DNA of 63,912 bases, filler included, from Pirum gemmata (GCA_002812295.1; 29 parts of 29 records of this genome joined end to end with filler, not necessarily neighbours in it); one strand, 5' to 3'; positions 1 through 12,229 are shown, counted from the whole stretch's first letter. The notes: generated by a model from the letters alone, not told the origin. Numbers and translations: made by a program.

Positions 1-31
<31 letters not shown>

Positions 32-481
32 AGATGTTGTTGTGGCGGTTGTTGTTGTTGTGGTGGTGGTGGTTGTGGCTGTGGTTGTAGTCGTGGTGGT
101 GGTTGCGGTTGTGGTTGTGGTTGTGGCTGTTGTGGCTGCTGTGGCTGTTGTGGTTGTGATTGTGATTGTGGTTGTGGTGGTGGTGGTGGTGGTGGTGGTG
201 GTGGTGGTGATTGCGATTGTGATTGTGATTGTGGTTGTGGTTGTGATGGTGATTGTGGTTGTGGTTGTTGCTCGAATTGTTGTTGTTGTGGTTGTATTTG
301 TGTTTGTCTTGAACTAACTATAGCCGGCCCTTCGTTTTGTATATTAAAAGCGTTTTCATCTTTATTATTTTGATGCGAAAGTTGTTTATTTTCTAGAAAC
401 AATCGCTCCTGGGATCCTTCTATTTGGTAGGTAAGCAGGTTTTCTCCACGCATCGAAAGCCAATTATTCTCATTTTTTAAT
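1..481 (-). CDS. Q/P-rich low-complexity protein exon (runs off the window edge)
   Basis: After acceptor ttag|a (exon starts 481) the minus frame is open: LKNENNWLSMRGENLLTYQIEGSQERLFLENKQLSHQ...QPQQQQFEQQPQPQSPSQ...PPPP...QQQ. A possible first exon is 2090-1996 (MAIAIDIDCFTSVAEHSQRKRLVENSTKHD). It is absent from the ORF track; the + strand poly-Val ORF is its antisense. Confidence 0.6.
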
Positions 482-635
482 CTAATTATAAAAATTAATG
501 CATAATATTAAAATTAAAAATTAAAAAAAAAATTTGAAGCTATAGTATTGAAAATAATAAATAACAAAACTAACAAATCTAGAATACTAACAGAATAAAA
601 GCAAAATGAAAGAGGAAGAGGGGATGGGTTACAGC

Positions 636-667
<32 letters not shown>

Positions 668-719
668 CATAATCATAATAATAATAATAAATAANNNNNN
701 NNNNNNNNNNNNNNNNNNN

Positions 720-757
<38 letters not shown>

Positions 758-1316
758 GAAAAAAGAAAAAGTAAGTATACAAGCTCTGTTCTGCTTAGCA
801 ACCCTAATAGTATAGTAACCAGTGGCCTTAACACTAACACTAACACAAACACTAATACTAACCCTAAGCTTAAGCCTAACCCTTACTCTAAAAAATGACC
901 CTAGCCCCAACTTTAACTCCAACTCTAACTCTAACCCTGACCCTGACCCTGACCCTGACCCTAACTTTAGCTCTAACTATAACTCTAACTCTAACTCTTA
1001 ACTCTAACTCTGACTCTAACTCTGACTCTAACTCTGACTCTAACTTTAACTTTAACTTTAACTAAAACTCTCTAACTCTAACTCTAACTCTAACTCTAAA
1101 TATATACCTTATATATATAAAGGTAATATTAAGAAAGAACTAATCGATAAATAAGAAATTATACTATAAATTTGTGGCATCTCGTTATATGGTTAAGTAT
1201 AATAAACACAAAACTTATATCAAATAAAACAATATTAACCTTCCATAAAACTTTTTACAAATTCGGGCAAATTAGAGCTATTATTTTCAATGATTTTTGT
1301 TAACTACGTGAAATTA

Positions 1317-1376
<60 letters not shown>

Positions 1377-2386
1377 AAATAAATAAATAAATAAATAAAT
1401 AAAATAAATAAATAAAATAAAATAAATAAATAAGGGTGTGGTTAAAATTATTTTCTAATTTATAATACAACATGTTTGGTTTAGATTTGATTTAGAGTTA
1501 GGGTTAGGATTAGAGTTGTGTCGGGGTTAGGGTCGGGTAAGGTCAAAGTTAAGGTTAGAGTTAGCGTAAGGGTTGGATTCAATTTGAGAATAAGCTGAAA
1601 GTAAAAGTGAAAAGAAGGTGTGGCTAAAACTATTTTCCAAGGGTTAAGGCCGGTTAGGGTTAGGGTTGGGGTTAGGGTTGGGCTAGGGTTGGGGTTAGAG
1701 TGGGCTAGGGTTAGGGTTAGGGTTAGGGTTAGGGTTAAGGATGGCGTTGAATTTTGAGAATAAGTTGAAAGTAAATGTGAAAAGAAGGTGTGATCAAGTT
1801 ACATTACAACATGTTTGGTTTAGAGTTAGGGTTAGGGTTAGGGTTAAGGCCAGTTAGGATTACGGTCGGGAATGGGGTTGGGTAGGGTTAGGATTAGGAT
1901 TAGGAATAGGAATAGGAATAGGGTCGGCTGGTTAGGGTAGTTTAGGGTTGGGGTTACGGTTAAGATTGGCGTTAAAGAAGGTGTGGTCAAGTTACATTAC
2001 ATCATGTTTGGTTGAATTTTCTACAAGCCTCTTCCTTTGACTATGTTCAGCTACAGAAGTAAAGCAATCAATATCAATGGCAATTGCCATGTTCACGACA
2101 ATAAAGAAATACTCGAAAATAATAATTTCAAATTTTAGGAGTTAGAAGAATCTTTAATTTGAAATTTGTTTTCATAAATGTTTTTTATATATTGTAATAT
2201 TTATTATTGTAATATTTATTAGTATTACTATTATTATAAATTATTATTATTNNNNNNNNNNNNNNNNNNNNNNNNNNNNNNNNNNNNNNNNNNNNNNNNN
2301 NNNNNNNNNNNNNNNNNNNNNNNNNNNNNNNNNNNNNNNNNNNNNNNNNNNCATTATAATTATCATTATCAATATCATCCTTGTTA

Positions 2387-2429
<43 letters not shown>

Positions 2430-2607
2430 CATTATCATTATCATTATTGTTATTATTCATTATTATTATCCTCATTATTCATAATATTCACTATTCAGTA
2501 CTTATTTTTCATTATCATTGTCATTATCATTATCATTATCATTATCATTATCATTATCATCATTATTATTATTAATTATTATTATGGTGTTACACACTTT
2601 TGTCTAA

Positions 2608-3134
2608 ATGTTACAGGACTTATTTCGAGGTTGTGCAAAAAATTATCCTGATTTAGTGTTAAAGGTATTATCAGGCTCTGATGCGTTTTTGTATGTTAAT
2701 TGTTTGAATACAAGAAATGGGTTTACTCCTTTACATTATGCGGCTATGGAAGGCCATTTCTATATTGTTAAACTGCTATTAAAAAATGGGGCCGAGCGAA
2801 CAACTTTGAATTTCGCTGGTGAATGTGCTGTAAGTTTAGCGCGTGAAAATGGACATGATGATATTGTTGAATTAATTGAAAATTTTGTTATTAATAACGA
2901 TGAAGACAATGATGATGTTTTAGGCCGAGAACAATTAGAACAGTTAGAGCAGTTAGAACAATTAGAAGTTGGTAAGTCAATTTCGAAGGATTTGGAACAA
3001 GAAGAAAAAATAACTAAACTTAAAAAACAGAAACTTTTAGAGTATGATGATATTGTAAAAAGAAAGAAGAATGAAGATGGAATTGTAGTAGTAAGAAATG
3101 AACAACAACAACCACAACCACAACAAACACAAAC

Positions 3135-3165
<31 letters not shown>

Positions 3166-3615
3166 TCGCAATCGCAATCGCAATCACAATCACAATCACA
3201 ATCACAACAATCACAATCACAACAATTAAAAGAAACGAAAGAAACAAAAAAACCAAAAGAACCAAAATCAAAACCACGAGAACACCGCCAAGTACTAGAG
3301 CAGCAACTAATACAACAACAACAAGAATACAGTTATAATGTTAATCAAGATCAAGAAAGTGAAGAAAAAGAAATATTATCAGCATATAAACGAAAACCAA
3401 CCTCTAGCTTACATATTCTCCCCAATAGACGTTTTTCAGTACCTACGACAGACACAGGAGGACGTAAACTACACTCGTATAGTGATATCTTAATACCAAA
3501 TACAATGAAAAACAACCATAACCACAACAATATCAACAACAACAATAACAATAACNNNNNNNNNNNNNNNNNNNNCGTTAAAAGGAAGGGATTTATACGT
3601 TTAAAATTTCGATAG
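2608..3615 (+). CDS. Ankyrin-repeat protein with Q/N-rich tail (partial)
   Basis: Two ankyrin repeats: GFTPLHYAAMEGHFYIVKLLLKNGA and GECAVSLARENGHDDIVELI. The exon probably starts at 2617 (ttacag|GAC). The 3' end is uncertain because of the N gap at 3556-3575. Confidence 0.88.
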
Positions 3616-3715
3616 GTATACTGGGGGCCGAGATATGCCCCAACAAAGAAGGGGGCAGATACTGTTATGTATAAGTTGCGTCCACCATAATATTTTAAAA
3701 AAAACTATTAGATAA

Positions 3716-3910
3716 AAAGCTGGATAAAAATGGCGACACCCGTTATATGAGCTCAAAAATCCAAAAATCTCAAAATGATCCAATTTCAATAGAAGTGCTA
3801 CCAAATTTTGAGAAATTTTTCAACTAAGAAAACTCTATTATGAACCAATGGCTAGTTTTAAAAAAGAAATTGGCTAGAAACGACGTCTAAAAAAAAAAGA
3901 TTTCTGTAGT
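3716..3910 (+). repeat. Dispersed repeat family G (probable TE fragment)
   Basis: GGATAAAAATGGCGACA..ATATGAGCTCAAAAATCC...GCTAGTTTTAAAA. Other copies at ~54860-55082 and ~55277-55510; reverse partials at ~51120-51233 and ~15770-15870. Confidence 0.8.
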
Positions 3911-4904
3911 GGTGTTATAAAATAAAATTAAAAATAATATATATATATTAATGTATGATATAAAATAAACATAATGATCATTATATATATTCTAAGGGGA
4001 ACACCTTCTAGACAGTCTACTATTTAAAGACGAGGTCTAAACCCCACGGCCAAGAAGCTATATATGGATCACAGCACAACCTCTCGTATATAATAATATT
4101 ATTATAGCAGTATATGTATAGTGCTTTTCAAGTTGTTTTGTCATCACAAAGCATACAATAAAATTTAATAGTATTAATACCAAATTAATACAATATAAAC
4201 CCATTTAACTATTTGCAATTGGTATATTTCAATAATCTATATATGTATTAATATTAATTTAAAAATGTATTATTAATATAACGATCTGAAAATTTTGTAT
4301 TCAACTAACTAAGAAAGCAAAATTTTCAAAAGACACCGATGTTATGGCAAATGTTGTGGATTTTCTATGATAATAATTATCATGATGGTCGAACAGGATT
4401 TTTTACTAAAGATCTAGAGGATTGTGATAAATATATGACAAGAGTCCACTTTCAAAAACACCAGGAAAAAAAAACCTTGCTATTTTGGTATATATTAATA
4501 TATATGAAATAATTATATAATTTATAATAAGTGAGAATCATAATTATGCATATTATATATTATATTATAGTACGACACAATTACAACCCTACACGACTTA
4601 GTGTTTATTTTCAGAATATTAAAAGAAACTCAGAGGTTTCGAATGATACCGATAATAATATTGTTGCACTTTGACAAGGGGGGGGGGGGACGTTTTATAT
4701 AAATAATTTTTTATTTTTTATTACTAGTTTTGTATTTTTATTATTATTTTTATTTTAATATTATTATTAAAATTGTAAGTTTTTTTTTTATGATAGTTAT
4801 TAGAGTGTTATTAGAGTGTTATTAGAGTGTTATTAGACTTGTTTCAAAAATTTAAAAAAATTTAATAATAGACTAAATTTAATGCATTTGGTCAGTATTT
4901 GGTC

Positions 4905-5020
4905 GTGCATTTGGTATGACGCAACTATTGAAAAGTTTGAAAAGGGCAAATGATGACGCTTGGATGACGTTTTATATATATAAAAAAGTAATCCCCCCAC
5001 AAAATCGGGCACTTTTGGGA
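4905..5020 (+). repeat. Dispersed repeat family H
   Basis: GCATTTG.TATGACG.AAC.ATTGA...TTGAAAAGGGCAAATGATGACGCTT.GATGACGTTT is also found at ~50030-50140. Confidence 0.75.
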
Positions 5021-5769
5021 TTTGGAGGCAAATTGGAGCTTCTAGATTGGAGCTTTTTGGTTTTCGATCTTATATGGAAGTTTATTAGATGTCCCAAGGA
5101 CTTTTTTTTATAAAAGTCCTTGGATGTCCCCACTCTTTTATTGCTTTTTACAATCCTACAGTTTTTCTGTAGTTTATATAATAGACTATAGTTTTTTAAC
5201 AGTTTACAACTTTACAAGGCCAGCCACTTTCAAGAACTTTAGGTAAGTTGGGTTGTTTTTCTACTACTAGCTAGCTATATGATAGTTTTTCACAGTAGTT
5301 TTTTATGGTGTGAAAAGTTTATTGGATGTCCCCACTCCATTTTTTTATATTTTTATTTTTTTATTTTTCTCTAGCTAGCTAGTCTAACTAAAAATAAAGT
5401 TTTTATTATATGATATTTTTTTATTTTCGGTGTCACACACTCTACCAAACCTTTTGTCAAACCTATATATAAAAGCTAGTAGTAGGATGGATCACGAAAT
5501 AACTAACATTCNNNNNNNNNNNNNNNNNNNNNNNNNNNNNNNNNNNNNNNNNNNNTTAATTAATTAANNNNNNNNNNNNNNNNNNNNNNNNNNNNNNNNN
5601 NNNNNNNNNNNTAATAATAATAATAATAATAATAATAACCTCTAATTTTGTCAAATAGCTATGTATAGTTGGGATGCTTCTATGGTTACTCCTCGTATGA
5701 AAATACCCAAAGCCGAAGGTAAAAAGTCAAACTAGAAATTCTTCTCGAATAAAATCTGGTTCGAAGAAA

Positions 5770-7290
5770 TTGAAATTTAGTTTTATTTTTTGAGCTTGGT
5801 GGTCTTATGATTATTTTCCCTGTAAATTTAGCTCTTTTCAACACGAATCGGGTTAACTTAGAAAACTTGAAAATTTAATTTATTTTTCGATCTTGATCGT
5901 CTTTTGATTGTTCTCCCTGATTTGAGTTAGCTCGGAAAAATTGTAATTTATTTTTATTTTTCGTGCTTGATGGTCTTATGATTATTTTCCCTTTAAATTT
6001 AGCTCTTTTCAACGCGAATCGGGTTAGCTTGGAAAACTTGAAAATTTAGTTTATTTTTCGAGCTTGATATTGTTCTCCCTGATTTGAGTCTTATGATTTA
6101 GCAACACGAATCGGGTTTGGAAAACTTGAAAATTTAATTTATTTTTCGAGCTTGATGGTCTTTTGATTGGTTCTCCCTGATTTGAGTTAGCTCGGAAAAG
6201 TTGTTATTTAGTTTTATTTTTCGAGATTGATGATTGATTATTTTCAACACGAATCGGGTTATCTTGGAAAACTTGAAATTTTAATTTATTTTTCGAGCTT
6301 GATGGTCTTTTGATTTGTAATTTAGTTTTATTTTTCGAGCTTGATGGTCACGAATCGGGTTAACTTGGAAAGCTTGAAAATTTATTTTATTTATCGAGCT
6401 TGATGGTCTTTTGATTGCTCGGAAAAGTTGTAATTTAGTTTTCTTTTTCGAGCTTGATGGTCTTATGATTATTTTCCCTGTAAATTTAGCTCTTTTCAAC
6501 TCGAATCGGGTTAGCTTGGAAAACTTGAAAATTTAGTTTATTTTTCAAGCTTGATGGCCTTTTGATTATTGATTTGAGTTATAGTTCGGAAAAGTTGTAA
6601 TTTAGTTTTATTTTTTGAGCTTGATGGTTATGATTATTTTCCCTGTAAATTCAGCTCTTTTCAACGCGAATCGGGTTAGCTTGAAAATTAAGTTAATTTT
6701 CGAGCTTGTTTGCTCTCCCTAATTTGAGTTAGCTCGGAAAATTTGTAGTTTTATTTTTCGAGCTTGATGGCCAGCTCGGAAAAGTTGTTATTTAGTTTTA
6801 TTTTTCGAGCTTGATGGTCTTATGATTATTTTCCCTGTGCAACACGAATCGGGTTAACTTGGAAAACTTGAAATTTTATTTTATTTATCGAGCTTGATGG
6901 TCTTTTGATTGCTCGGAAAAGTTGTAATTTAGTTTTATTTTTCGAGCTTGATGGTCTTATGATTATTTTCCCTGTAAATTTAGCTCTTAGCAACACGAAT
7001 CGGGTTAGCTTGGAAAACTTGAAAATTTAATTTATTTTTCGAGCTTGTTGGTCTTTTGATTGTTGTAATTTAGTTTTATTTTTCGAGCTTGATTATTTCC
7101 CCTGTAAATTTAGCTCTTTTCAACACGAACCGGGTTATATAGCTTGGAAAACTTGAAAATTTAATTTATTTTTCGAGCTTGATGGTCTTTTTATTGTTGT
7201 TTTCCCTGCCTGATTTGAGTTAGCTCGGAAAAATTGTTATTTAGTTTTATTTTTCGAGCTTGATCGCTCTTATGATTGTTTTCCCTGTGA
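5770..7290. repeat. Degenerate ~170-bp dimeric satellite
   Basis: About 10 units. Each has two related halves sharing ATTT(A)GTTT(T)ATTTTTCGAGCTTGATGGTCTT(A/T)TGATT, alternating with CAACACGAATCGGGTTAGCTTGGAAAACTTG or GATTTGAGTTAGCTCGGAAAAGTTG. Many internal deletions. Confidence 0.92.
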
Positions 7291-7388
7291 TGAGGGCTTC
7301 TTTTCACTTTTTTAGGGCAGAGTGTGGGTGTGAGCACCGAGGGCATACCTTTGAAATATTGTAATATTTTCATTAATCATCTGCTTGA

Positions 7389-7431
<43 letters not shown>

Positions 7432-7576
7432 GATAACAACAACAACGATAACAACAACGATAACAACAACAACGATNNNNNNNNNNNNNNNNNNNNNNNN
7501 NNNNNNNNNNNNNNNNNNNNTTAATTAATTAANNNNNNNNNNNNNNNNNNNNNNNNNNNNNNNNNNNNNNNNNNNN

Positions 7577-7871
7577 AATTATCTCTAGCATATATTATTA
7601 ATATTTAATATTAATATTATTATTAATATTATCTTTGGATTTATTGCTATTATAACAAACTATTTCTGTAAGCTGATTATCCAATATCCAATATAAATAG
7701 TCAAGCATACATATCATAATATGATATCGATAATATTTTATATAAATAATAGAAATACTAATTTCCAAATAATTGCATAATATAATTTTAATATAAAGAA
7801 CCCCAGGATTTTTTCCTGGGGTTCTTGTATATAAATAATAATAATAATAATAATATATGCTAGAGATAATT
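7577..7871. mobile_element. Inverted-repeat element with internal GC hairpin
   Basis: 24-bp IR AATTATCTCTAGCATATATTATTA / TAATAATATATGCTAGAGATAATT; the left end coincides with the scaffold start. Internal 13-bp stem AAGAACCCCAGGA..TCCTGGGGTTCTT at 7796-7826. Confidence 0.6.
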
Positions 7872-7973
7872 ATGATATTTTTTATTACATATCAAAATAC
7901 ACGAGACCTTACGTATGATAGATGTCAAATATAGTAGCTAGTAGTCCTGTACTATCAAGTCAAATACAGTAGC

Positions 7974-8231
7974 TAGTCTCTATTCGTCAGCAAGCGCTGT
8001 CATTTAGAAATGACAAAAAGAAGTTTTACTTTGACAAACTTTTCGGGAAATGAGAATGAATGACACGATCAGCTCACTGCATAATATTGACGTAATTTCC
8101 TTTCATTTGATATACTTTTCGTCTCAATTGCGTAATTAAAAGTGTTAATACGACCACGTTGGATTTGAGATAAAACGTCATTTGAAAATGACGCTGTCAT
8201 TTTAAAATGACGTGCTGACGAATAGACACTA
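7974..8231. mobile_element. MITE (family F) inserted at CTAG
   Basis: 19-bp TIR TAGT(C/G)TCTATTCGTCAGCA with one mismatch; subterminal GTCATTT..AAATGAC palindromes. An empty-site paralogue lies at 7926-7954. Confidence 0.85.
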
Positions 8232-9070
8232 GTAGTCCTGTACTAGCTAGTATGATAGTAGTTATCAAATTACCTTTTCTTGCTTTCTTTACCCTGCAGG
8301 CTGACCTTAACCCTAACTTAACCATATAGGTCTAACCCTAACCCTAACCCTAACCCTCTAAGTGCTGCAGAGGAAACATTGTGTAATTATTAGCACTAAT
8401 GACGTCATTAAATTATAACAAATGAAAGTTATGACGGCTTTAATTTATTGAAAATATCTGCTTGGTAATATTTTTTTCGAGCTATCATATATTTATAATA
8501 AATATTATATTTTACTTGTATCGTAAAATAAAAAAATATTTTTACGATCAAAATGATTACACTTTACTGTCGATACCCTACTAGCTACTAGCTAGCTAGC
8601 TAGCTAGCTAGGAGATATGATAGTATCAGATATCATATATATCGCCAGCTAGCTACTAGCTAGCTAGTATCGATAGTGAGATATCGATAGCTACTAGCTA
8701 GCTAGCTAGTAACTATTGATAATATCATAGTACTAGCTAGAGTAAGTAGACTAGATAAAAAAGACTGTAAAAAATCATAGACTCTCTATGATAGTATCAA
8801 TAATAATAATTATTATCATATCTGATATGATATTATTATATCAATAATGCCTATAGTACATATCTATCAATATATAAATGCATATAATATTTATATATTA
8901 TTTATGCGTGTTTACAATATTATTTAAAGCTTGTATTTGATTTTTTACTTGCTCATGTTCTTTTGGCTTTTTTGCTATTTATACAGTAAAATCCATAATT
9001 TACTTTATTTATAACCAATATTTTCTTTTATTTTTAGACTTTATTATTTGTTATAATATTGCAATAGCTA

Positions 9071-9109
<39 letters not shown>

Positions 9110-9347
9110 ACGTTTTGAATATTTTTATAATTCAGTTTTTCGGTTTTCTTTTTTTTTACTTTTTTATTTTTTGTTTTATTTTAATTTTTTATTTTGTAAC
9201 TCTTTGGTTGTGATTTTGGTTTTCCGGTGCATTTTTTTCTTTTTGTCAGGGTTATGTCCAGAAAACGATTAAGACCATTTTTTTCAGGGTTTTTTTCACC
9301 TTTTTTGTATTTTTTATTGTTATTATCGTCACTATGCCTTTTTCAAG

Positions 9348-9383
9348 CTGAGCAAGTGGAAGATGCCGGTTCTGAAGCTAAAG
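9348..9383 (+). CDS. Possible 36-nt internal exon
   Basis: tttcaag|...EQVEDAGSEAK...g|gtactt; symmetric phase 1-1, followed by a CCCCTAA-rich stretch. Confidence 0.3.
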
Positions 9384-9564
9384 GTACTTCTTGCCCTAAC
9401 CCCTAACCTCTAACCCTCCCTAACCCCTAACCCCTAACCCACCCAAACCCCTAACCCCTAACCCNNNNNNNNNNNNNNNNNNNNNNNNNNNNNNNNNNNN
9501 NNNNNNNNTTAATTAATTAANNNNNNNNNNNNNNNNNNNNNNNNNNNNNNNNNNNNNNNNNNNN

Positions 9565-9760
9565 ATAGATTACCAGAAGATTACCAGAAGCCCCTATTTG
9601 TTTTCATACCTGTTTTATTTATTCTACTTTAATTTTTAAAATAAACACTTTTATAAGTTAGAAAGTGCCAAATGAATAGTCAAAGCTACAAATTAAAGTA
9701 GAATAAATAAAACAGGTATGAAAACAAACAGGGGCTTCTGATAATCTTCTGGTAATCTAT
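9565..9760. mobile_element. Fold-back MITE with 71-bp inverted arms
   Basis: Arms 9565-9635 and 9690-9760 differ at 2 positions; 54-nt loop. The left end is cut by the scaffold start. Confidence 0.8.
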
Positions 9761-10075
9761 GACAAAAATTATATTTTAAATTTTATAATTATATTAATAA
9801 TTATATAATTAATATTAATACATAATAATACTATATATAATAATACATAATAATATAAAATAATATAATATATATTGATATATTAATTATTATAACTAAT
9901 ATTATTTCTACTAGTTAACGTTGACATTAATATCATAATAACAGATAGTATATAGAACCCTAATCCTGACCCTAATCCTTCCTTATCTTAATCCGAACCA
10001 TCATTCTCACCCTAATCCTATAGCTATGTTTTATATAGCTGATTCATAATGCCAATTATATAGGGAGGGTAAACT

Positions 10076-10307
10076 AGTAGGGGTGAGATGACGTCATTTT
10101 ATTATTACCGAACAGCTGCCAGAACTTTCCCGATTTTATGGTTTTTATTACTATTAATGTTAATATTATTACTTTAATTGGTATCTACTATAATTAGGTT
10201 TACTATTTTAAGCTATTCAACTGCTATTATTAGTAAAAACACGGAACTAAGGTTGGCTCGATAAGCATCTGTTCGAAAAAAGTTCCAGTAGATATCTCAC
10301 CCCTACT
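10076..10307. mobile_element. MITE with 8-bp TSD (hAT/P-like), family D
   Basis: 14-bp perfect TIR AGTAGGGGTGAGAT; TSD GGTAAACT at 10068-10075 and 10308-10315. Confidence 0.9.
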
Positions 10308-10343
10308 GGTAAACTGTAAACTGCACTCTTATATTATAATAAG

Positions 10344-10544
10344 TAGAGCTTCTCCCAATTCTGCTCTGTTTAAAAATCGAGATTTCGAGTCTATATATTA
10401 ATTAATAAGTTCGAAATATTCAAGCTTACAATTTTAAGTATTCAAATATATTTATTTACTAATAAACTNACGGAGCTGAATTTTGGCTTTTTTTGACAGC
10501 AGAAATTCGAGTTTTCGGGTTTGAGCAGAATTGGGCGAGGCCTA
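10344..10544. mobile_element. hAT-type MITE (family E)
   Basis: Imperfect TIRs TAGAGCTTCTCCCAATTCTGCTC / TAGGCCTCGCCCAATTCTGCTC; perfect 8-bp TSD ATAATAAG at 10336-10343 and 10545-10552. Confidence 0.9.
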
Positions 10545-10719
10545 ATAATAAGTCCATAATCTTAATATCATATGGTATCGTAGTCCTATGATTCCGAGTG
10601 ATTGATTCGTACATATCCTGAAAATCATTTTGCATAGTTCCATATATGGTGTTCCTTGGAGGATTATGAGCTATGATTGGCTGACTGAATGGACTAAATT
10701 GATCCGAAATAAAAAAAAG

Positions 10720-11031
10720 ACTTCTCCGAATTCCGCCCGGGCAGAATTTGGCCTTTTTCGAGAAATGACAAAATGGTGTTTTTCCTTTCTAACTCGATCA
10801 AAAATTAATTTTTTGAAAAAAAAAAAAAGGAGATTGATTCTATCATACCACTCACTATAAAAATTTAAACTCGAAATTTTCAAACCAATGTATTTATTAA
10901 TGAACTCGAAAAATTAATTTCGAACAGATCAAACAGACCAGAAATTCTGCTCGGNCTCGGCAGAAATCGAGCTTTTCGGGGTAGAAGGCAGAAGCAGAAA
11001 GTCGAGTTTTAGGGGCAGAATTCGGAGAAGT
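10720..11031. mobile_element. MITE related to family E
   Basis: TIR ACTTCTCCGAATTC(C/T)GCCC; repeated GCAGAA subterminal motifs; no TSD retained. Confidence 0.8.
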
Positions 11032-11110
11032 AGAATCATTAGTCTATTAGATCATACCCCAAAAGAGTCCCAAAAACTGGACCCAATAATAGGCTGATAT
11101 GTAGACGTCT

Positions 11111-11297
11111 ATCGTGCTTTTCATTTATTTTGTCGCTCTGAATATTTATTTGGAGGGCTATAATCTTTAAATTGACATTTTTAAATAAATAAATATATAA
11201 TAAAATATACCCAATTAAATTAAATTGTTTTATATTGTATTAATTTGGTACTATTTATTGTATATTGTATGATGACAAAACAACTGAACAGCTCTAG
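11111..11297 (+). mobile_element. High-copy ~185-bp MITE family A (TA-flanked, Tc1/mariner-like)
   Basis: Consensus termini (TA)TCGTGCTTTTCA...TGAAAAGCACGA(TA). Other full or partial copies at ~4118-4270(-), 18435-18575, 19188-19310, 24320-24420, 30381-30520, 32725-32896(-), 50824-50990, 53693-53776, 59252-59380(-) and 59735-59862. Confidence 0.9.
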
Positions 11298-11634
11298 ACT
11301 ATGTAGACTAGTCTATATGGTTTTACAAGGGTAATCATTCAATTTTAAAGGACCAACTGATCAGAAAGAACCCTAACCCTAACCCTAACCCTAACCCTAA
11401 CCATAACCCTAACCCTAACCCTNNNNNNNNNNNNNNNNNNNNNNNNNNNNNNNNNNNNNNNNNNNNTTAATTAATTAANNNNNNNNNNNNNNNNNNNNNN
11501 NNNNNNNNNNNNNNNNNNNNNNACCTACCCAACCCTAACCCTAACCCTACCCTAACCCTAACCCTAACCCTAACCCTAACCCTAACCCTAACCCCAACCC
11601 TAACAGTGACTACTGTCTATAGTATTAATATCAT

Positions 11635-11784
11635 AGGGAGAGCGTTCAAATAGCATGTCATGTCAAGGGGTAGGTAGGTAGGTGGTATTTGACCGGAAAC
11701 TAACGTCGAAGAGTAGGTAGGTAGGGTGTATTTGAAGCTGTATTTGACCGGAAATTGGCGCTACGTAGTATTTGAACGCTCCCT
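11635..11784 (+). mobile_element. PIF/Harbinger-like MITE family C, copy 1
   Basis: Degenerate left TIR (A)GGGAGAGCGTTCAAATA and right TIR ACGTAGTATTTGAACGCTCCC(T); internal (GGTA)n runs. Confidence 0.85.
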
Positions 11785-12229
11785 TGTAGCTACTAGCTAG
11801 TCTACTATCATAGCTAGTGGAGAAATTTATAGGAAGAAAGTGTAAGTACGTGTAAGAAGTTAAGAACTACTAGTAGACAAAATCACCTACAGACAAAACT
11901 AACAGACAAAATCAGTACAAAATCACTGTTAGTAGAACAAAATCACAAACGAATATTATAGTATTATTATACAGATTATACACTATGTGATAATATTATA
12001 GTTTTATTAGTTATATTAGATATTATTATTATAATTATTATGATTGATTGATTATCAAAAATTGAAGACCAAAAATAGATCAGGCACTAGTCTATCAGGC
12101 TCAAATTTTCTAACATATCATATGAAATTTTCGAACATATCACATGAAATTTTCGAACATAATAATAATATTCAAACATATTTTAAATTGTTGATGTTTG
12201 ATATATCGAGCATTATTTAATGGTCATAA

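Noticed and set aside
5556..5567. Regularly spaced TTAATTAATTAA motif
   Set aside because: Always centred in 44+44 N: an artificial six-frame-stop linker, not biology.
5770..7290. CRISPR-like constant repeat with spacers
   Set aside because: The intervening sequences are two recurring linkers, not unique spacers; no cas genes; eukaryotic context.
11370..11604. CCCTAA tracts at scaffold ends as true chromosome telomeres
   Set aside because: Such arrays are abundant internally and in introns, and short-read assemblies break at them; true ends cannot be shown.
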